A stretch of 64,000 bases of DNA, from assembly GCA_001800975.1 (NCBI GenBank), contig MGWK01000032.1, positions 1,966-65,965 of the forward strand, written 5' to 3'. Positions 36,036 to 47,031 of this stretch are shown in pieces. The DNA is from Flavobacteria bacterium RIFCSPLOWO2_12_FULL_35_11 (GTDB lineage Bacteria > Bacteroidota > Bacteroidia > Flavobacteriales > Flavobacteriaceae). Under the pieces are notes generated by a model. The model searched no databases and was not told where the DNA came from. It saw only the letters and a list, made by a program, of their open reading frames with translations. Made by a program: the position numbers and the translations under genes. The stretch's first letter is position 1. Each line of letters opens with the position of its first letter.

Positions 36036-38495
36036 TTAAAACATTCCTTCCTCGCCGCCATTTTCTTCTCTTTGCGGTCTTTCGTTTTTCTTATTTTGAT
36101 TAAATCTATAGGTGAAATTCAGCATAATTTGTCTTTTTCGCCATTGAAATTCATTTACCGAAATTATAGTAGGAGAAGAAATAGTTGGAGAATAATTGGT
36201 TGAATTTCGCTTTCTTGAATTAAATAAATCGCTGACATTTAACGAGAGCGTTCCTTTTTCTTTCAAGATGTCTTTGCTGAAGGCAAGATTTACATTGTAC
36301 ATTCCTTTTATTTTGGATGTTGCAGATTCTGAAGGCCCCATATACATACCGCTGGTTTGCCAATCTATTCCGCCAGGTAACGAAATTCTTGATTCCAATC
36401 GGGTAAACCAACTTACATTTTCTTTATCATAATTTATTCCATCGAAATCTCCATCGGTCACTGATTTAAAAAAGTTAAAACTGTTGGTCATTTTCCACCA
36501 CTTTAACGGATTGTAATTTGCTGTAAATTCAAAACCATATCGATCTTGTGAACTTAAATTTATGGGTGTCATTATAATTACTGGGGTATCAACTCCATTA
36601 ACCTCTCTAATTTCATCATTTTGCGCCATTTCAATATTGTTAATGGCATGTTGATAGTAAAGAGAAGAATTCAAAGTTAACTTTTCCCATTTTTTTATAT
36701 AACCTAAATCGAAGGAATTGGTGTAAGTAGGGTCTAAATTAACATTGCCTTTTCTAATAAATGTTTGGCTGGTACGTGATTCAAAAGGATTTAAAAACCA
36801 GTGCCCTGGACGTCGCAATCTTCTGCTGTAACCCAATGTAAGGCTTTCACCTTCACTAAATTCCAATCCTAAATTAACAGTTGGAAAAAATTCAGTGAAA
36901 TTTTTGTCGAAATTTTCATTCGTTTGAAGCAGATTAATTTTCCTGTCGGTGTTTTCCATTCTTAAACCCAATAAGTATGAAAATTTATTTACTTTATTTC
37001 CGTATTGAGAATAAAGGGAATAAATATTTTGCTCAAAATCTAAGGTATTTGAAAAATTGGCGTTGTTTACGAATTGGTTTGTTGATGAATCATATCCTTC
37101 AACTACATAATCTGATGTTAATTTGTTTAAATCGGTGTTGAAACCAAATTCAAATTGCGAATTTTTCCCTATCGGCAATACGTAATCACCTTTAATCAAA
37201 ACATTTTTTGAGTTATTGTCTGTTGAGTTTCTTTCAGACTCATTCTCGAATAAAACAGGAAAAATATTAAAATCGGAGATTAAAGCACTGCTATTTTCAA
37301 TGCTTTCTTCATATTGAAAATCTAAGGTCAATTTATGTCCGTCTTTGTTAAAATCGTGCAAAAAATTTAAAGAATACTCTGTGGTTTTGTCATTTTCATC
37401 AGCAAGCTCAACTCGTTTATTGGTACGGGTTAAAATTTTATTTTCATCGAATTCATCACTGATATTTGTTGAAACATCCTCACCATTAGACTCGCGATAT
37501 AAAACGGTACCGGTTAATGAAGTTTTATTCGACAAAAAATATTCCAATCCAAATCGCGTATTGTAACTGTCATGTTGACGGTCATAATCTCTAATTTCAT
37601 TTCTAAAGTCTGGTGTCGTTCCCGTAGGGTTTAAATAAGTCACATCACTTTTTGAATTTCCCGGAGCATTTCTGTAGTTATAACCACCGCTTCCAAAAAA
37701 GTTGGCCTTGTTTGTTCTGTAATTTAGATTGGCTGAAAGACCATAATTATCTGGAATTCCTGCGGAAGCCGAAACAGAGCCATTAAATCCATTAGCCTTG
37801 CCTTTTCGAAGGATAATATTTAAGATTCCTGCAGTTCCTTCTGCATCATAACGCGCTGACGGACTCGTAATAACTTCAACTTTTTCAATAGCATCTGCCG
37901 GCAATTGACGCAAGGCATCCGTACTGCTTAAACCAACCAATCCCGATGGTTTTCCGTTAATTAAGATCCGAACATTTTCACTGCCGCGCAAACTCACATT
38001 TCCTTCCACATCAACAGAAACCGATGGAACATTGTCCAAAACATCGCTAGCAGTTCCGCCTTTTACGGTCATGTCTTTGCCAACATTGTATATTTTTTTG
38101 TCCAATCTTATTTCAACAGTGCTTTTTTCGGCAATAATTTCTACTTCATTTAAAGTTTGTGCATCAACTTGCAAGGTAATTGTGCCCAAATCGGTATTGC
38201 CGTTAATTTCTTTGCTTTTAAATGTTTTTGTTTTAAAGGAAATAAATTCGATTGAAATATCATAAACACCTTTTGCAACTTGAATGTTAAATTCTCCTTT
38301 GGTGTCTGTAATGCCACCGGTTATAATTTTACCGTCTAAAGATTTGATGACGATTGTGGCGTATTCTAAAGGTTGTTTGGTGTCATTGTCGATAACTTTA
38401 CCAGTTATAGTAATTTTTTCAATAGAATTGGTATTTGTTGCTCCTAAACTAAGAGTGATTATGCTTAATATAAATAGAAATATACTTTTTTTCAT
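36036..38495 (-). CDS. TonB-dependent-type receptor / outer-membrane beta-barrel family 3, copy 1 (start ATG 38495)
   Basis: Signal peptide, carboxypeptidase-regulatory-like N-domain, plug (LDNVPSVSVD..G.VSLRG..NV.ILING; IEKVEVITSPSARYDAEG), barrel ending NFTYRFN plus tail. Confidence 0.88.
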   Translation of the reverse strand: MKKSIFLFILSIITLSLGATNTNSIEKITITGKVIDNDTKQPLEYATIVIKSLDGKIITGGITDTKGEFNIQVAKGVYDISIEFISFKTKTFKSKEINGNTDLGTITLQVDAQTLNEVEIIAEKSTVEIRLDKKIYNVGKDMTVKGGTASDVLDNVPSVSVDVEGNVSLRGSENVRILINGKPSGLVGLSSTDALRQLPADAIEKVEVITSPSARYDAEGTAGILNIILRKGKANGFNGSVSASAGIPDNYGLSANLNYRTNKANFFGSGGYNYRNAPGNSKSDVTYLNPTGTTPDFRNEIRDYDRQHDSYNTRFGLEYFLSNKTSLTGTVLYRESNGEDVSTNISDEFDENKILTRTNKRVELADENDKTTEYSLNFLHDFNKDGHKLTLDFQYEESIENSSALISDFNIFPVLFENESERNSTDNNSKNVLIKGDYVLPIGKNSQFEFGFNTDLNKLTSDYVVEGYDSSTNQFVNNANFSNTLDFEQNIYSLYSQYGNKVNKFSYLLGLRMENTDRKINLLQTNENFDKNFTEFFPTVNLGLEFSEGESLTLGYSRRLRRPGHWFLNPFESRTSQTFIRKGNVNLDPTYTNSFDLGYIKKWEKLTLNSSLYYQHAINNIEMAQNDEIREVNGVDTPVIIMTPINLSSQDRYGFEFTANYNPLKWWKMTNSFNFFKSVTDGDFDGINYDKENVSWFTRLESRISLPGGIDWQTSGMYMGPSESATSKIKGMYNVNLAFSKDILKEKGTLSLNVSDLFNSRKRNSTNYSPTISSPTIISVNEFQWRKRQIMLNFTYRFNQNKKNERPQREENGGEEGMF

Positions 38496-38522
38496 GAATG
38501 ATTTATTGGTTATTTTATAGAG

Positions 38523-38567
38523 CAAAGATACATGTTGCGCAATTACTTTTATGTTAACTAGTGTTAA
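38523..38567 (-). promoter_or_regulatory. -7 element with upstream TTAACA direct repeat
   Basis: Minus strand: cgTTAACActagTTAACA, 21-nt spacer, TATCTTTG. Confidence 0.5.
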
Positions 38568-38725
38568 CGACTGTGATTAAAAGTGAAAACGTTTAAGTAA
38601 TATTGTCTTAAATTAAAAATTATTTAACCTATTGAAAATCAATAGATTGATAAATTTTAAATAATAAAATGGGAAGAATGAATTTAATTTTCATTAGGAT
38701 GAAACTGTTAATAAACTCATAAAAT

Positions 38726-39064
38726 TTATAAAATTGATTTTATAAGTTCCGGCGGGCGCCCAATCACAGCTTTATCGTTGTTAATAACAATTGGTCTTTC
38801 AATAAGTTTTGGGTTTTTAACCATTGCCATAATAATTTCTGAATCTGAGAGGTTTTTGCCTTTGTAATTTTCTTTCCAAATTGCTTCGTTTTTTCGAACC
38901 AAATCAATAGGAGGGATGCCCAATAATTTTATGATTTCAGTTAATTCGTCTTTTGAAAGCGGCGTTTCTATATAGTTGATGATTTCAAAAGGCAATTTAG
39001 ATTCCTGCAAAATTGCCAAACCTTCCCTGCTTTTTCCGCAACGCGGATTGTAATAAATTTTCAT
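38726..39064 (-). CDS. arsC: ArsC-family (glutaredoxin-type) arsenate reductase-like protein
   Basis: YYNPRCGKSR...NPKLIERPIV...GRP motifs. Confidence 0.85.
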   Translation of the reverse strand: MKIYYNPRCGKSREGLAILQESKLPFEIINYIETPLSKDELTEIIKLLGIPPIDLVRKNEAIWKENYKGKNLSDSEIIMAMVKNPKLIERPIVINNDKAVIGRPPELIKSIL

Positions 39065-39090
39065 GAATTTTATTTGTCCAAAAATAACGA

Positions 39091-41481
39091 TTAGTAATTT
39101 GGTTTCATTTCTTTTTTCTCAAAATCAATTTTTCTGTCCTTTAAACTTTGATTAAACCGGTAAGTAAAAGACAATAAAATTGTTCGGTATTTATTTTGGA
39201 TGATGCTTTTTGAAAAATAACTCGAATTAAATCGATCTCTGTCGGTTTTACTTGATTTAAAAACATCATCAACAGTTAAACTTATTGAAGCGTCTTTATT
39301 CAATAAATCTTTATTGATGGCGGCACTTGCGTAAGTATAGGCTTTTCTTGTTGAATATGGACCTTTTGAAATCAAATAATGTTTTGCATTTATTTGAATA
39401 TCAAATGCTTTAGGTATTTTTAATTGGGAGAGTAAACTAAAAGTACCGTTAAAACTAGCGTGATTATAATTCTTAACAATGGTTTCATTGGCTAAATTTT
39501 CTATTTCAAAAGTGCCTGATTGGTCAAAATTATACAGATTTATATTTCCTGTAAAATTTAAATTTTTGACAGGTTTATAATTTGAAGTAATATTTACCCC
39601 ATACATATCAACTTTTCCAATGTTAAAAGGCGTAGTTATAATTTTATTTACACCATTAATTTGTTGCCCGGTTTCATAGGAAACATCTTGCCAATAATCT
39701 TTGTAGCTATTAAAATAAAGGGAAGATGAAAATGTGATTTTATTGCCATAATAGCTATAACCCAAACTTGAAGCGTCAACAAAAATTGGATCTAAATTTG
39801 GATTCCCAATGTACGATGATGTTTCGCTATATTTTTGCTCAAAAGGCTGTAAATGTTCATAGGAAGGCGTAAACATTTTTTTTGAATAACTGAGACTTAA
39901 ACTTTTTAAGTCATTAATGGAATATTGTAAATAAACAGAGGGGAAAATTTTGTTGAAATTATTTTTTTGAAAATTATTTAAATTTAAATAGTTGGCTTTC
40001 ATTTCCAAAAATTCCGCTCTTAGCCCTATATTATAATAAAATTTTTCACTTTGATTTTCAAATTCAATAAATGCCGCATTTAACTTTTCTGAATAATCGA
40101 TATTATTTTGAACTGAAGCGCTGGAATATTTAAAAGGAAGTTCCATGTATTCTCCTTTATATCCAATGCTGTAATTTGCTGTTTCACCAATTGGGTTTAT
40201 AAAATTAAGTTCAAAATTTGCTTTTTCTAATTTATTTTTTTCGGTATAAACTAGGTTGCTGAAATTTTGATTGGTGTTTGAAATATTATTGTTAACATCA
40301 TCAAAATCTTTTGTAAATGAGATGTTTGTGGTAAGTTTTTGACCTTCTTTGATAAAATTGTGTTCAAAGTCAACAACAAATTCATACAGTTCATTTTCCA
40401 ATTTTCCAATATGCGTCCTGTCATTTGTAGCTGTTGGTACTTTTGCTGCATTAAAAATACTTGAAGAGGTTATTGTGTTGCTTTTGTTGACTACATTTTG
40501 AAAATTAACACTGGCAGAAATCGTCGTACTTTTTGATAAATAGAAATCTGTGCCAATGGTGCCATAAAAAGCGTCTTTTTTGCTGTTAAATTCGCTGTTT
40601 TCATTCAAAAATGAAGTGGTGTTGTTATTTTCAAAATATTCATTTTCAGAGGAAGCTGACGTTATTGGATTGCTTTTATTATATGATGCATTGACAAAAA
40701 AGTTTAGTTTTTCTGTTTTGTTGTTTAAGGTAATTAAGCCGCCATAATAATCCTTATGCCCACCTGTAGTTGTTAAAGATGCATTTAAACCTTCATCTTT
40801 ACCCTTTTTTAAGATGATATTAATAATACTTAGGGCAGAAGCATCATATTTTGCTCCTGGATTTGTAATCACTTCAATGTTTTCAATTGAACCTGCCGGC
40901 AAAGATTTTAAGGCTTCTGATTTGGATAATGACGATGTTTTACCATTAATTAATACCTGAACATTACCTTGACCTTGAACGGATATATTTCCATTAGGAT
41001 CAACGCTTACCGAAGGAATATTATTTAAAGCATTTGTTGCGGTGCTTCCCGCTGTGGAAATGTCTTTATCCACATTATAAACAATTTTGTTAGGCTTCAG
41101 TTCCAGTGTCTTTTTTTCACCAATAATTTCAATTTCACTTAAAATTTCTGTATCCAGTTCCATTTCAATAATTCCAACATTTAAATCTCTTGAAATGGCG
41201 GAAATGTTCAGATTTTTTGTTTCGTACGAAATAAATTCTACAGAAACGTTGTAGGTTTCTTTTTCAACATCAATCGAAAAATTTCCTTTTTGGTTCGTGA
41301 TACCTCCAAATTTTATGTGATTGGAATCGATACTTTTAAAAATAATGGTGGCATCTTCTAAGGGTTTTTTTGAAGTGGCATCAATTATTTTTCCGGTAAT
41401 GGTGTAAGTTGGGGTGGTATTTTTTTGGCTAAAACTTAATATTGGGGTTAATATAATTAGCAATAACAATAGTTTCCTCAT
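39091..41481 (-). CDS. TonB-dependent-type receptor / outer-membrane beta-barrel family 3, copy 2
   Basis: Same architecture as copy 1 (LNNIPSVSVD.NGNIS; IENIEVITNPGAKYDAS; SFTYRFNQ). Confidence 0.86.
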   Translation of the reverse strand: MRKLLLLLIILTPILSFSQKNTTPTYTITGKIIDATSKKPLEDATIIFKSIDSNHIKFGGITNQKGNFSIDVEKETYNVSVEFISYETKNLNISAISRDLNVGIIEMELDTEILSEIEIIGEKKTLELKPNKIVYNVDKDISTAGSTATNALNNIPSVSVDPNGNISVQGQGNVQVLINGKTSSLSKSEALKSLPAGSIENIEVITNPGAKYDASALSIINIILKKGKDEGLNASLTTTGGHKDYYGGLITLNNKTEKLNFFVNASYNKSNPITSASSENEYFENNNTTSFLNENSEFNSKKDAFYGTIGTDFYLSKSTTISASVNFQNVVNKSNTITSSSIFNAAKVPTATNDRTHIGKLENELYEFVVDFEHNFIKEGQKLTTNISFTKDFDDVNNNISNTNQNFSNLVYTEKNKLEKANFELNFINPIGETANYSIGYKGEYMELPFKYSSASVQNNIDYSEKLNAAFIEFENQSEKFYYNIGLRAEFLEMKANYLNLNNFQKNNFNKIFPSVYLQYSINDLKSLSLSYSKKMFTPSYEHLQPFEQKYSETSSYIGNPNLDPIFVDASSLGYSYYGNKITFSSSLYFNSYKDYWQDVSYETGQQINGVNKIITTPFNIGKVDMYGVNITSNYKPVKNLNFTGNINLYNFDQSGTFEIENLANETIVKNYNHASFNGTFSLLSQLKIPKAFDIQINAKHYLISKGPYSTRKAYTYASAAINKDLLNKDASISLTVDDVFKSSKTDRDRFNSSYFSKSIIQNKYRTILLSFTYRFNQSLKDRKIDFEKKEMKPNY

Positions 41482-41643
41482 AGAAAATTATTTATTTAAA
41501 AATTCATAGCTTTTTTAATCGTTAATTTAACGAATAACATCGTTTTTCATAAACGTAAAAATACACATTATTGTTAATAAACAACGCTTTGACTAATAAA
41601 AATTACTAATTATTACGAAAATTGTAGTTTAAGTCATAAAAAA

Positions 41644-42264
41644 TTAGAAGATGATTTTATGTGATTTTAATTCATTCAACAGTTGCTGGGGAGATTTATA
41701 ATGAATTCCTTGAATTTTAAGCGCCTTGGCAGCAATCACATTTTCTTCATTGTCATCAATAAAAATGGTATTTTCTGGGTTGATGGCATATTTATCAACG
41801 GTGAGTTTGTATATTTCCGGAAAGGGTTTGCGCATTTTTTCCTGTCCGGAAACCACCACACCATCAAAAAATTTAAAAAAAGGAAACAATTCCAATCCTT
41901 TGTCCCATTTTTCGGCGCTCCAGTTGGTAAGCGCATAAATTTTATAGTTCCCTGAAGCTTTTAATTTTTTAAACAAATCAACATTTTCTTCAATTGGCCC
42001 AGAAAACATTTGGTGCCATTGGTTGTAGTACAAGCGAATTAAATCTTCATGTTCAGGAAATTCGGCAATTTTTGCAGCTTCGCCTTCTTCAATGGTTCTT
42101 CCACCATCTTGTTCAGCATTCCAAGCACTGGTGCAAACGTTATTCAAAAACCACTGTACTTTTTTTTCATTGCCATTAAATACTTTTCGGTACAAATACT
42201 CTGGTTTCCAGTCTACCAAAACGCCGCCTAAATCAAAAATTACAGTATCAATTTTGTTTGTCAT
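41644..42264 (-). CDS. HAD family phosphatase
   Basis: IFDLGGVLVDW, LTNWS, KPFPEIY and FIDDNEEN motifs. Confidence 0.92.
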   Translation of the reverse strand: MTNKIDTVIFDLGGVLVDWKPEYLYRKVFNGNEKKVQWFLNNVCTSAWNAEQDGGRTIEEGEAAKIAEFPEHEDLIRLYYNQWHQMFSGPIEENVDLFKKLKASGNYKIYALTNWSAEKWDKGLELFPFFKFFDGVVVSGQEKMRKPFPEIYKLTVDKYAINPENTIFIDDNEENVIAAKALKIQGIHYKSPQQLLNELKSHKIIF

Positions 42265-43370
42265 TACATTTCATTTTTGGTTTCTTTTTGTCCTTGTTGC
42301 ATTAAATAGGCTTTTATAAAATCGTCTAAATCACCATTCATCACCGCTTCCACATTTGCGGTTTCGTGGCCTGTTCTCACATCTTTAACCAATTTATAGG
42401 GGTGAAATACATAATTTCTGATTTGGGAGCCAAATTCAATTTTTAGTTTGTTTGCTTCAATTTCACTTCGTTTTTCGCGTTGTTTTTGCAGTTCAATTTC
42501 ATACAATTGAGATTTCAACAATTGCATGGCTTTGTTTTTATTGTCGAGCTGTGAACGCGTTTCAGAATTTTCAATCATAATTCCCGAAGGTTTATGGCGC
42601 AAACGAACTGCCGTTTCCACTTTATTTACATTTTGCCCGCCCGCACCGCTTGAACGCATGGTTTCCCAAGTAATATCGGCTGGATTGATATCAATTTCAA
42701 TACTGTCATCAACTAGCGGATAAACATAAACGGAAGCAAATGTGGTATGGCGTTTTGCATTGCTGTCGAATGGCGAAATTCGCACCATTCTGTGAACGCC
42801 ATTTTCGCCTTTTAAATAGCCAAAAGCATATTCACCTTCAATTTCTATGGTGACGGTTTTAACTCCAGTAACATCGCCTTCCTGGAAATTTAGTTCCTTA
42901 ACTTTATACTTTTTATTTTCGCTCCACATTAAGTACATCCGCATCAGCATTTGCGCCCAATCACAACTTTCCGTTCCGCCCGCTCCTGCGGTAATTTGAA
43001 GTACGGCGCTTAAATTATCGCCTTCATCGGACAACATATTTTTAAATTCCAAATCTTCCAGCAAAGAAATTGTAACCTCATATTGCTGTTCAACTTCTTT
43101 ATCGGTCACTTCACCATCCGCATAAAAATCGAGCAACACAGTCAATTCATCAAAATGGGTCAATATGGAATTAAAATCTTCCACCCACTTTTTCTTAAAT
43201 CGAAGGTTTCTCATGACAATTTCAGCCTCTTTCGGATTGTTCCAAAAAGCCGGATTTGCAGTGAGTTCTTCCTCGTTTGAAATTTCAATTGTTTTCTTGT
43301 CAATTTCAAGATACGTTTTTAACCTGCCAATGCGTTCCTGTAATTTATTTATATGTTCGTTTGTAATCAT
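42264..43370 (-). CDS. prfB: Peptide chain release factor 2, continuous ORF
   Basis: SPF tripeptide ([13 protein letters not shown]) and GGQ motif; open from ATG 43370 with no internal TGA. Confidence 0.97.
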   Translation of the reverse strand: MITNEHINKLQERIGRLKTYLEIDKKTIEISNEEELTANPAFWNNPKEAEIVMRNLRFKKKWVEDFNSILTHFDELTVLLDFYADGEVTDKEVEQQYEVTISLLEDLEFKNMLSDEGDNLSAVLQITAGAGGTESCDWAQMLMRMYLMWSENKKYKVKELNFQEGDVTGVKTVTIEIEGEYAFGYLKGENGVHRMVRISPFDSNAKRHTTFASVYVYPLVDDSIEIDINPADITWETMRSSGAGGQNVNKVETAVRLRHKPSGIMIENSETRSQLDNKNKAMQLLKSQLYEIELQKQREKRSEIEANKLKIEFGSQIRNYVFHPYKLVKDVRTGHETANVEAVMNGDLDDFIKAYLMQQGQKETKNEM

Positions 43371-43543
43371 TATTTTATTTAGAACTACAAAAATACCTTT
43401 TCATTTTTAATCTGTGCAAATAAATTTGATTCGCTATATTTCAATCAAACTAATTAGGTATTTTTGGTAAAATCTTTTTTCTTCTGAAAAGACAGAAATT
43501 ATGGATTTAATGTAGAATTACAGATTTTATAAAAATTAAATTT

Positions 43544-45955
43544 ATGAGGTATTTATTATATTTTATTGTCGTCGTGTTTTTCCAAAATGCAGGAGCTCAA
43601 ACTTTTCAGAAAACTAAGGGAATGGAACATTATAAAGGCTATTTCAATTTTTATTATGACGTTTCATCAGATAAAATATATTTAGAAGTTAATAAGTTAA
43701 ATGAAGAATTTTTATATGTTAATGCTCTTGCAGCAGGTGTGGGCTCTAATGATATAGGGTTAGATAGAGGACAATTGGGAGAAACAGCCGTTGTTAAGTT
43801 TGTAAAAGCCGGGAATAAATTATTGTTAATTCAGCCCAATTTAAATTATAGGGCAATAACTGCTAATATTGAAGAAATAAAATCTGTAGAAGAAGCTTTT
43901 GCACAATCGGTTTTATTTGGATTTCCTATAGAAGAGCAGCAGAATGAGCACTTTTTAATTGATGTTTCTTCGTTTTTTTTGGGTGATGCGCACGGAGTTT
44001 TAAAAAGATTAAAAGATACTAAACAAGGAACATATAAATTAGATTTAAGTAAAAGTGCTTTTTATTTGGAAAGAACCAAAGCTTTTCCAAAAAATGTTGA
44101 ATTTGAAACCTTGTTAACCTTTCAAGGGGATGCAGAAGGGGATTATATTAAAAGCGTATCGCCAAATTCATCATTGGTAACAGTTCGTCAACATCATTCA
44201 TTCATTGAATTACCGGATAATAATTATAAAAAAAGACGTTTTGACACACGTTCCGGTTCTATTGGCATTTCATATTTGGATTACGCAACTCCTATTGAAT
44301 CATCAATTAAAAAGCAATTTATAATTAGACACAGATTAGAGAAAAAAAATCCTGAATTGGCTATAAGTGAACCTAAAGAACCAATAATTTATTATTTGGA
44401 CCGAGGAGCTCCGGAACCTGTTAAATCTGCGTTGTTAGAGGGGGGAAGCTGGTGGAATGAAGCATTCGAATCCATTGGCTATAAAGATGCTTTTCAAATT
44501 AAAATTTTGCCGGAGGGAGTTGATCCATTAGATATTCGCTACAATGTAATTCAATGGGTTCATAGATCTACCAGGGGTTGGTCTTATGGCGCAAGTATTG
44601 TTGATCCCAGAACCGGTGAAATATTAAAGGGGCATGTTAGTTTGGGCTCTTTAAGAATTCGTCAAGATTATTTAATTGCCCAGGCTCTGCTTGGTGCAAC
44701 TGAGAAAATGGGAGATGAAAATCCATTGTTACAAATGGCCTTAGCAAGAATTAGACAATTATCAACCCATGAAATTGGTCATACGCTTGGTTTTACCCAC
44801 AATTTTGCATCAAGTTACAATAACAGGGCTTCTGTAATGGATTATCCGCATCCGTTTGTGAAATTAACCGATGGAAATATAGATTTGTCGCAGGCTTATA
44901 CAACGGGAGTCGGGGAGTGGGATAAAGCTATTGTTGCATATTCTTATCAGGATTTTCCTAAGCAAATTAACGAACAATCGGCATTAAATGAAATTATTCA
45001 AAATTCCATTGACAAAGGATTAAAATTTATAACAGATAGCGATACACGTGCGCCGGGTGGTGCTCATATATATGCTCATTTATGGGATAACGGAACTGAT
45101 CCGGCAAAGGAATTAGAGAGGATTTTAAAAATAAGGGCAATAGCAATCAGTAATTTTTCTGCCAATAATATTAAAGATAATGAACCTTATACAGTTTTGG
45201 AAGATGTTTTTGTTCCGCTCTATTTTTTTCATAGATATCAGGCAGAAGCTGCCGCTAAAATGATTGGAGGGATGGAATATTCTTATGCAGTTAAAGGCGA
45301 TGGACAAACTATTGTTAAACCAATAGATCCAAAAATTGAGCGAGAAGCATTACAAAGTTTGCTGAATTCATTTAGTGTGGAAACTTTAAAGATTCCTTCA
45401 GAAATTGTTGCGTTATTTCCTCCAAGAGCTTATGGTTATGAGAGAGGGAGGGAAACATTTAGTTCAGAAAACGGTGTTGCTTTTGATGCTTTAAATGCCG
45501 CGTCAACAGCTGCCGAACTAGTTGTGGAATTGTTATTTCATCCGGAAAGGACCTCTAGAATGGTTCAGCAAAAAGCATTATTTAACAATCAGTTAGGTTT
45601 AAATGAATTGATAGATCAAGTAATTGATTCGACTTTTAAAAAGAATCATTCAAACAATTATGATAATGAAATTCAGCAAAGTATAAATAATGTGGTTTTA
45701 CAACAATTATTAAATTTGGCCAGTAATAACAAAGCAAGTTTTCAGGCAAATTCAATCGCATTGTCTAAAGTAAATGAATTAAGAAATTGGTTAAAAAATT
45801 CCTATTTGAAAGGAATAAACTTAATGTATAGTAATGGATACGCCAATATCATTGATAACTTTTTAAAATTGCCAAATCAGTTTAAAAAGGAACCGATGCC
45901 AAAAATACCAGATGGTTCACCCATTGGAAGTATAAACTGTGATTATAGTTTCTAA
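43544..45955 (+). CDS. Secreted zinc-dependent metalloprotease (EcxA-like; DUF5117/DUF4953-type)
   Basis: Signal peptide; DPRTGEILKG; HEIGHTLGFTH zincin motif; SVMDY Met-turn. Confidence 0.88.
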   Translation: MRYLLYFIVVVFFQNAGAQTFQKTKGMEHYKGYFNFYYDVSSDKIYLEVNKLNEEFLYVNALAAGVGSNDIGLDRGQLGETAVVKFVKAGNKLLLIQPNLNYRAITANIEEIKSVEEAFAQSVLFGFPIEEQQNEHFLIDVSSFFLGDAHGVLKRLKDTKQGTYKLDLSKSAFYLERTKAFPKNVEFETLLTFQGDAEGDYIKSVSPNSSLVTVRQHHSFIELPDNNYKKRRFDTRSGSIGISYLDYATPIESSIKKQFIIRHRLEKKNPELAISEPKEPIIYYLDRGAPEPVKSALLEGGSWWNEAFESIGYKDAFQIKILPEGVDPLDIRYNVIQWVHRSTRGWSYGASIVDPRTGEILKGHVSLGSLRIRQDYLIAQALLGATEKMGDENPLLQMALARIRQLSTHEIGHTLGFTHNFASSYNNRASVMDYPHPFVKLTDGNIDLSQAYTTGVGEWDKAIVAYSYQDFPKQINEQSALNEIIQNSIDKGLKFITDSDTRAPGGAHIYAHLWDNGTDPAKELERILKIRAIAISNFSANNIKDNEPYTVLEDVFVPLYFFHRYQAEAAAKMIGGMEYSYAVKGDGQTIVKPIDPKIEREALQSLLNSFSVETLKIPSEIVALFPPRAYGYERGRETFSSENGVAFDALNAASTAAELVVELLFHPERTSRMVQQKALFNNQLGLNELIDQVIDSTFKKNHSNNYDNEIQQSINNVVLQQLLNLASNNKASFQANSIALSKVNELRNWLKNSYLKGINLMYSNGYANIIDNFLKLPNQFKKEPMPKIPDGSPIGSINCDYSF

Positions 45956-45997
45956 AAGAGTACACATAAAATATAAATTGATAAATCTCAAATTAAA

Positions 45998-47020
45998 ATG
46001 ATGCAAATAAATTTAATTAGCGACACCGTAACCAAGCCAACCAAAGGAATGCTAAAAGCAATGATGGAGGCTGAAGTTGGTGATGATGTTTTTAAAACCG
46101 ACCCGACGGTCAATAAATTACAGGCAAAAATTGCAAAAATGTTTGGCATGGAAGACGCGTTATTTTTTCCTTCGGGAACTATGGCAAACCAAACTGCGAT
46201 TAAAATTCTTACCCAGCCGGGCGATAGAATGTTTTGCGATAAATGGGCGCACGTGTATAACTTTGAAGGTGGTGGCGCTGCGTTTAACTCGGGCGTTACC
46301 TCACATTTAATTGATGGTGATCGCGGTATGTTTACCGCAAAACAATTGTTTGATGCAGTTTCTGGGAGAACGGACATTCATGTGCCTTGGGCCAGTTTGG
46401 TTGTGGTTGAAAATACCACCAATAAAGGCGGAGGCGCTTGTTGGGATTATGAAGAATTATTGAAAATCAAGAAAATTTGTAAAGATCATAATTTGTCCTT
46501 GCATATGGATGGCGCACGTATTTTTAATGCCTTGGTCGCTAAAAAAGAAACGCCTAAACAATATGGCGAAGTGTTTGATACCATATCGGTTTGCTTGTCA
46601 AAAGGTTTGGGCGCACCGGTTGGTTCCGTTTTATTGGGATCTAAACTTCATATTGAAAAGGCATTAAGAATTCGGAAATTATTTGGCGGCGCAATGCGCC
46701 AGGTAGGCTATTTGGCTGCTGCAGGGATTTACGCCCTGGACTATCATATAGACCGTTTGGCAATAGACCATACCCGTGCTAAAGTCATTGGCGTGGCACT
46801 TCAAAATTGTAAATTGGTTAAATATGTTGAACCTATTGAAACCAATATTGTCATTTTTAACGTAATCGATTCAATCAATGAAGAAGATTTTATGAATCGT
46901 TTGAAAAAAGCCGGAATTTCATTAATATCAATGGGGCAAGGTAAATTGAGAATGGTTACTCATTTGGATTTTACTGAAGAAATGCTTGAAATGGTAGTAA
47001 ACACATTAGAAAATATATAA
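45998..47020 (+). CDS. ltaE: Low-specificity L-threonine aldolase
   Basis: SDTVTKPT, VGDDV...DPTV, PSGTMANQ, HMDGARIFNA and CLSKGLGAPVGS motifs. Confidence 0.93.
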   Translation: MMQINLISDTVTKPTKGMLKAMMEAEVGDDVFKTDPTVNKLQAKIAKMFGMEDALFFPSGTMANQTAIKILTQPGDRMFCDKWAHVYNFEGGGAAFNSGVTSHLIDGDRGMFTAKQLFDAVSGRTDIHVPWASLVVVENTTNKGGGACWDYEELLKIKKICKDHNLSLHMDGARIFNALVAKKETPKQYGEVFDTISVCLSKGLGAPVGSVLLGSKLHIEKALRIRKLFGGAMRQVGYLAAAGIYALDYHIDRLAIDHTRAKVIGVALQNCKLVKYVEPIETNIVIFNVIDSINEEDFMNRLKKAGISLISMGQGKLRMVTHLDFTEEMLEMVVNTLENI

Positions 47021-47031
47021 TAAGTAACAAG

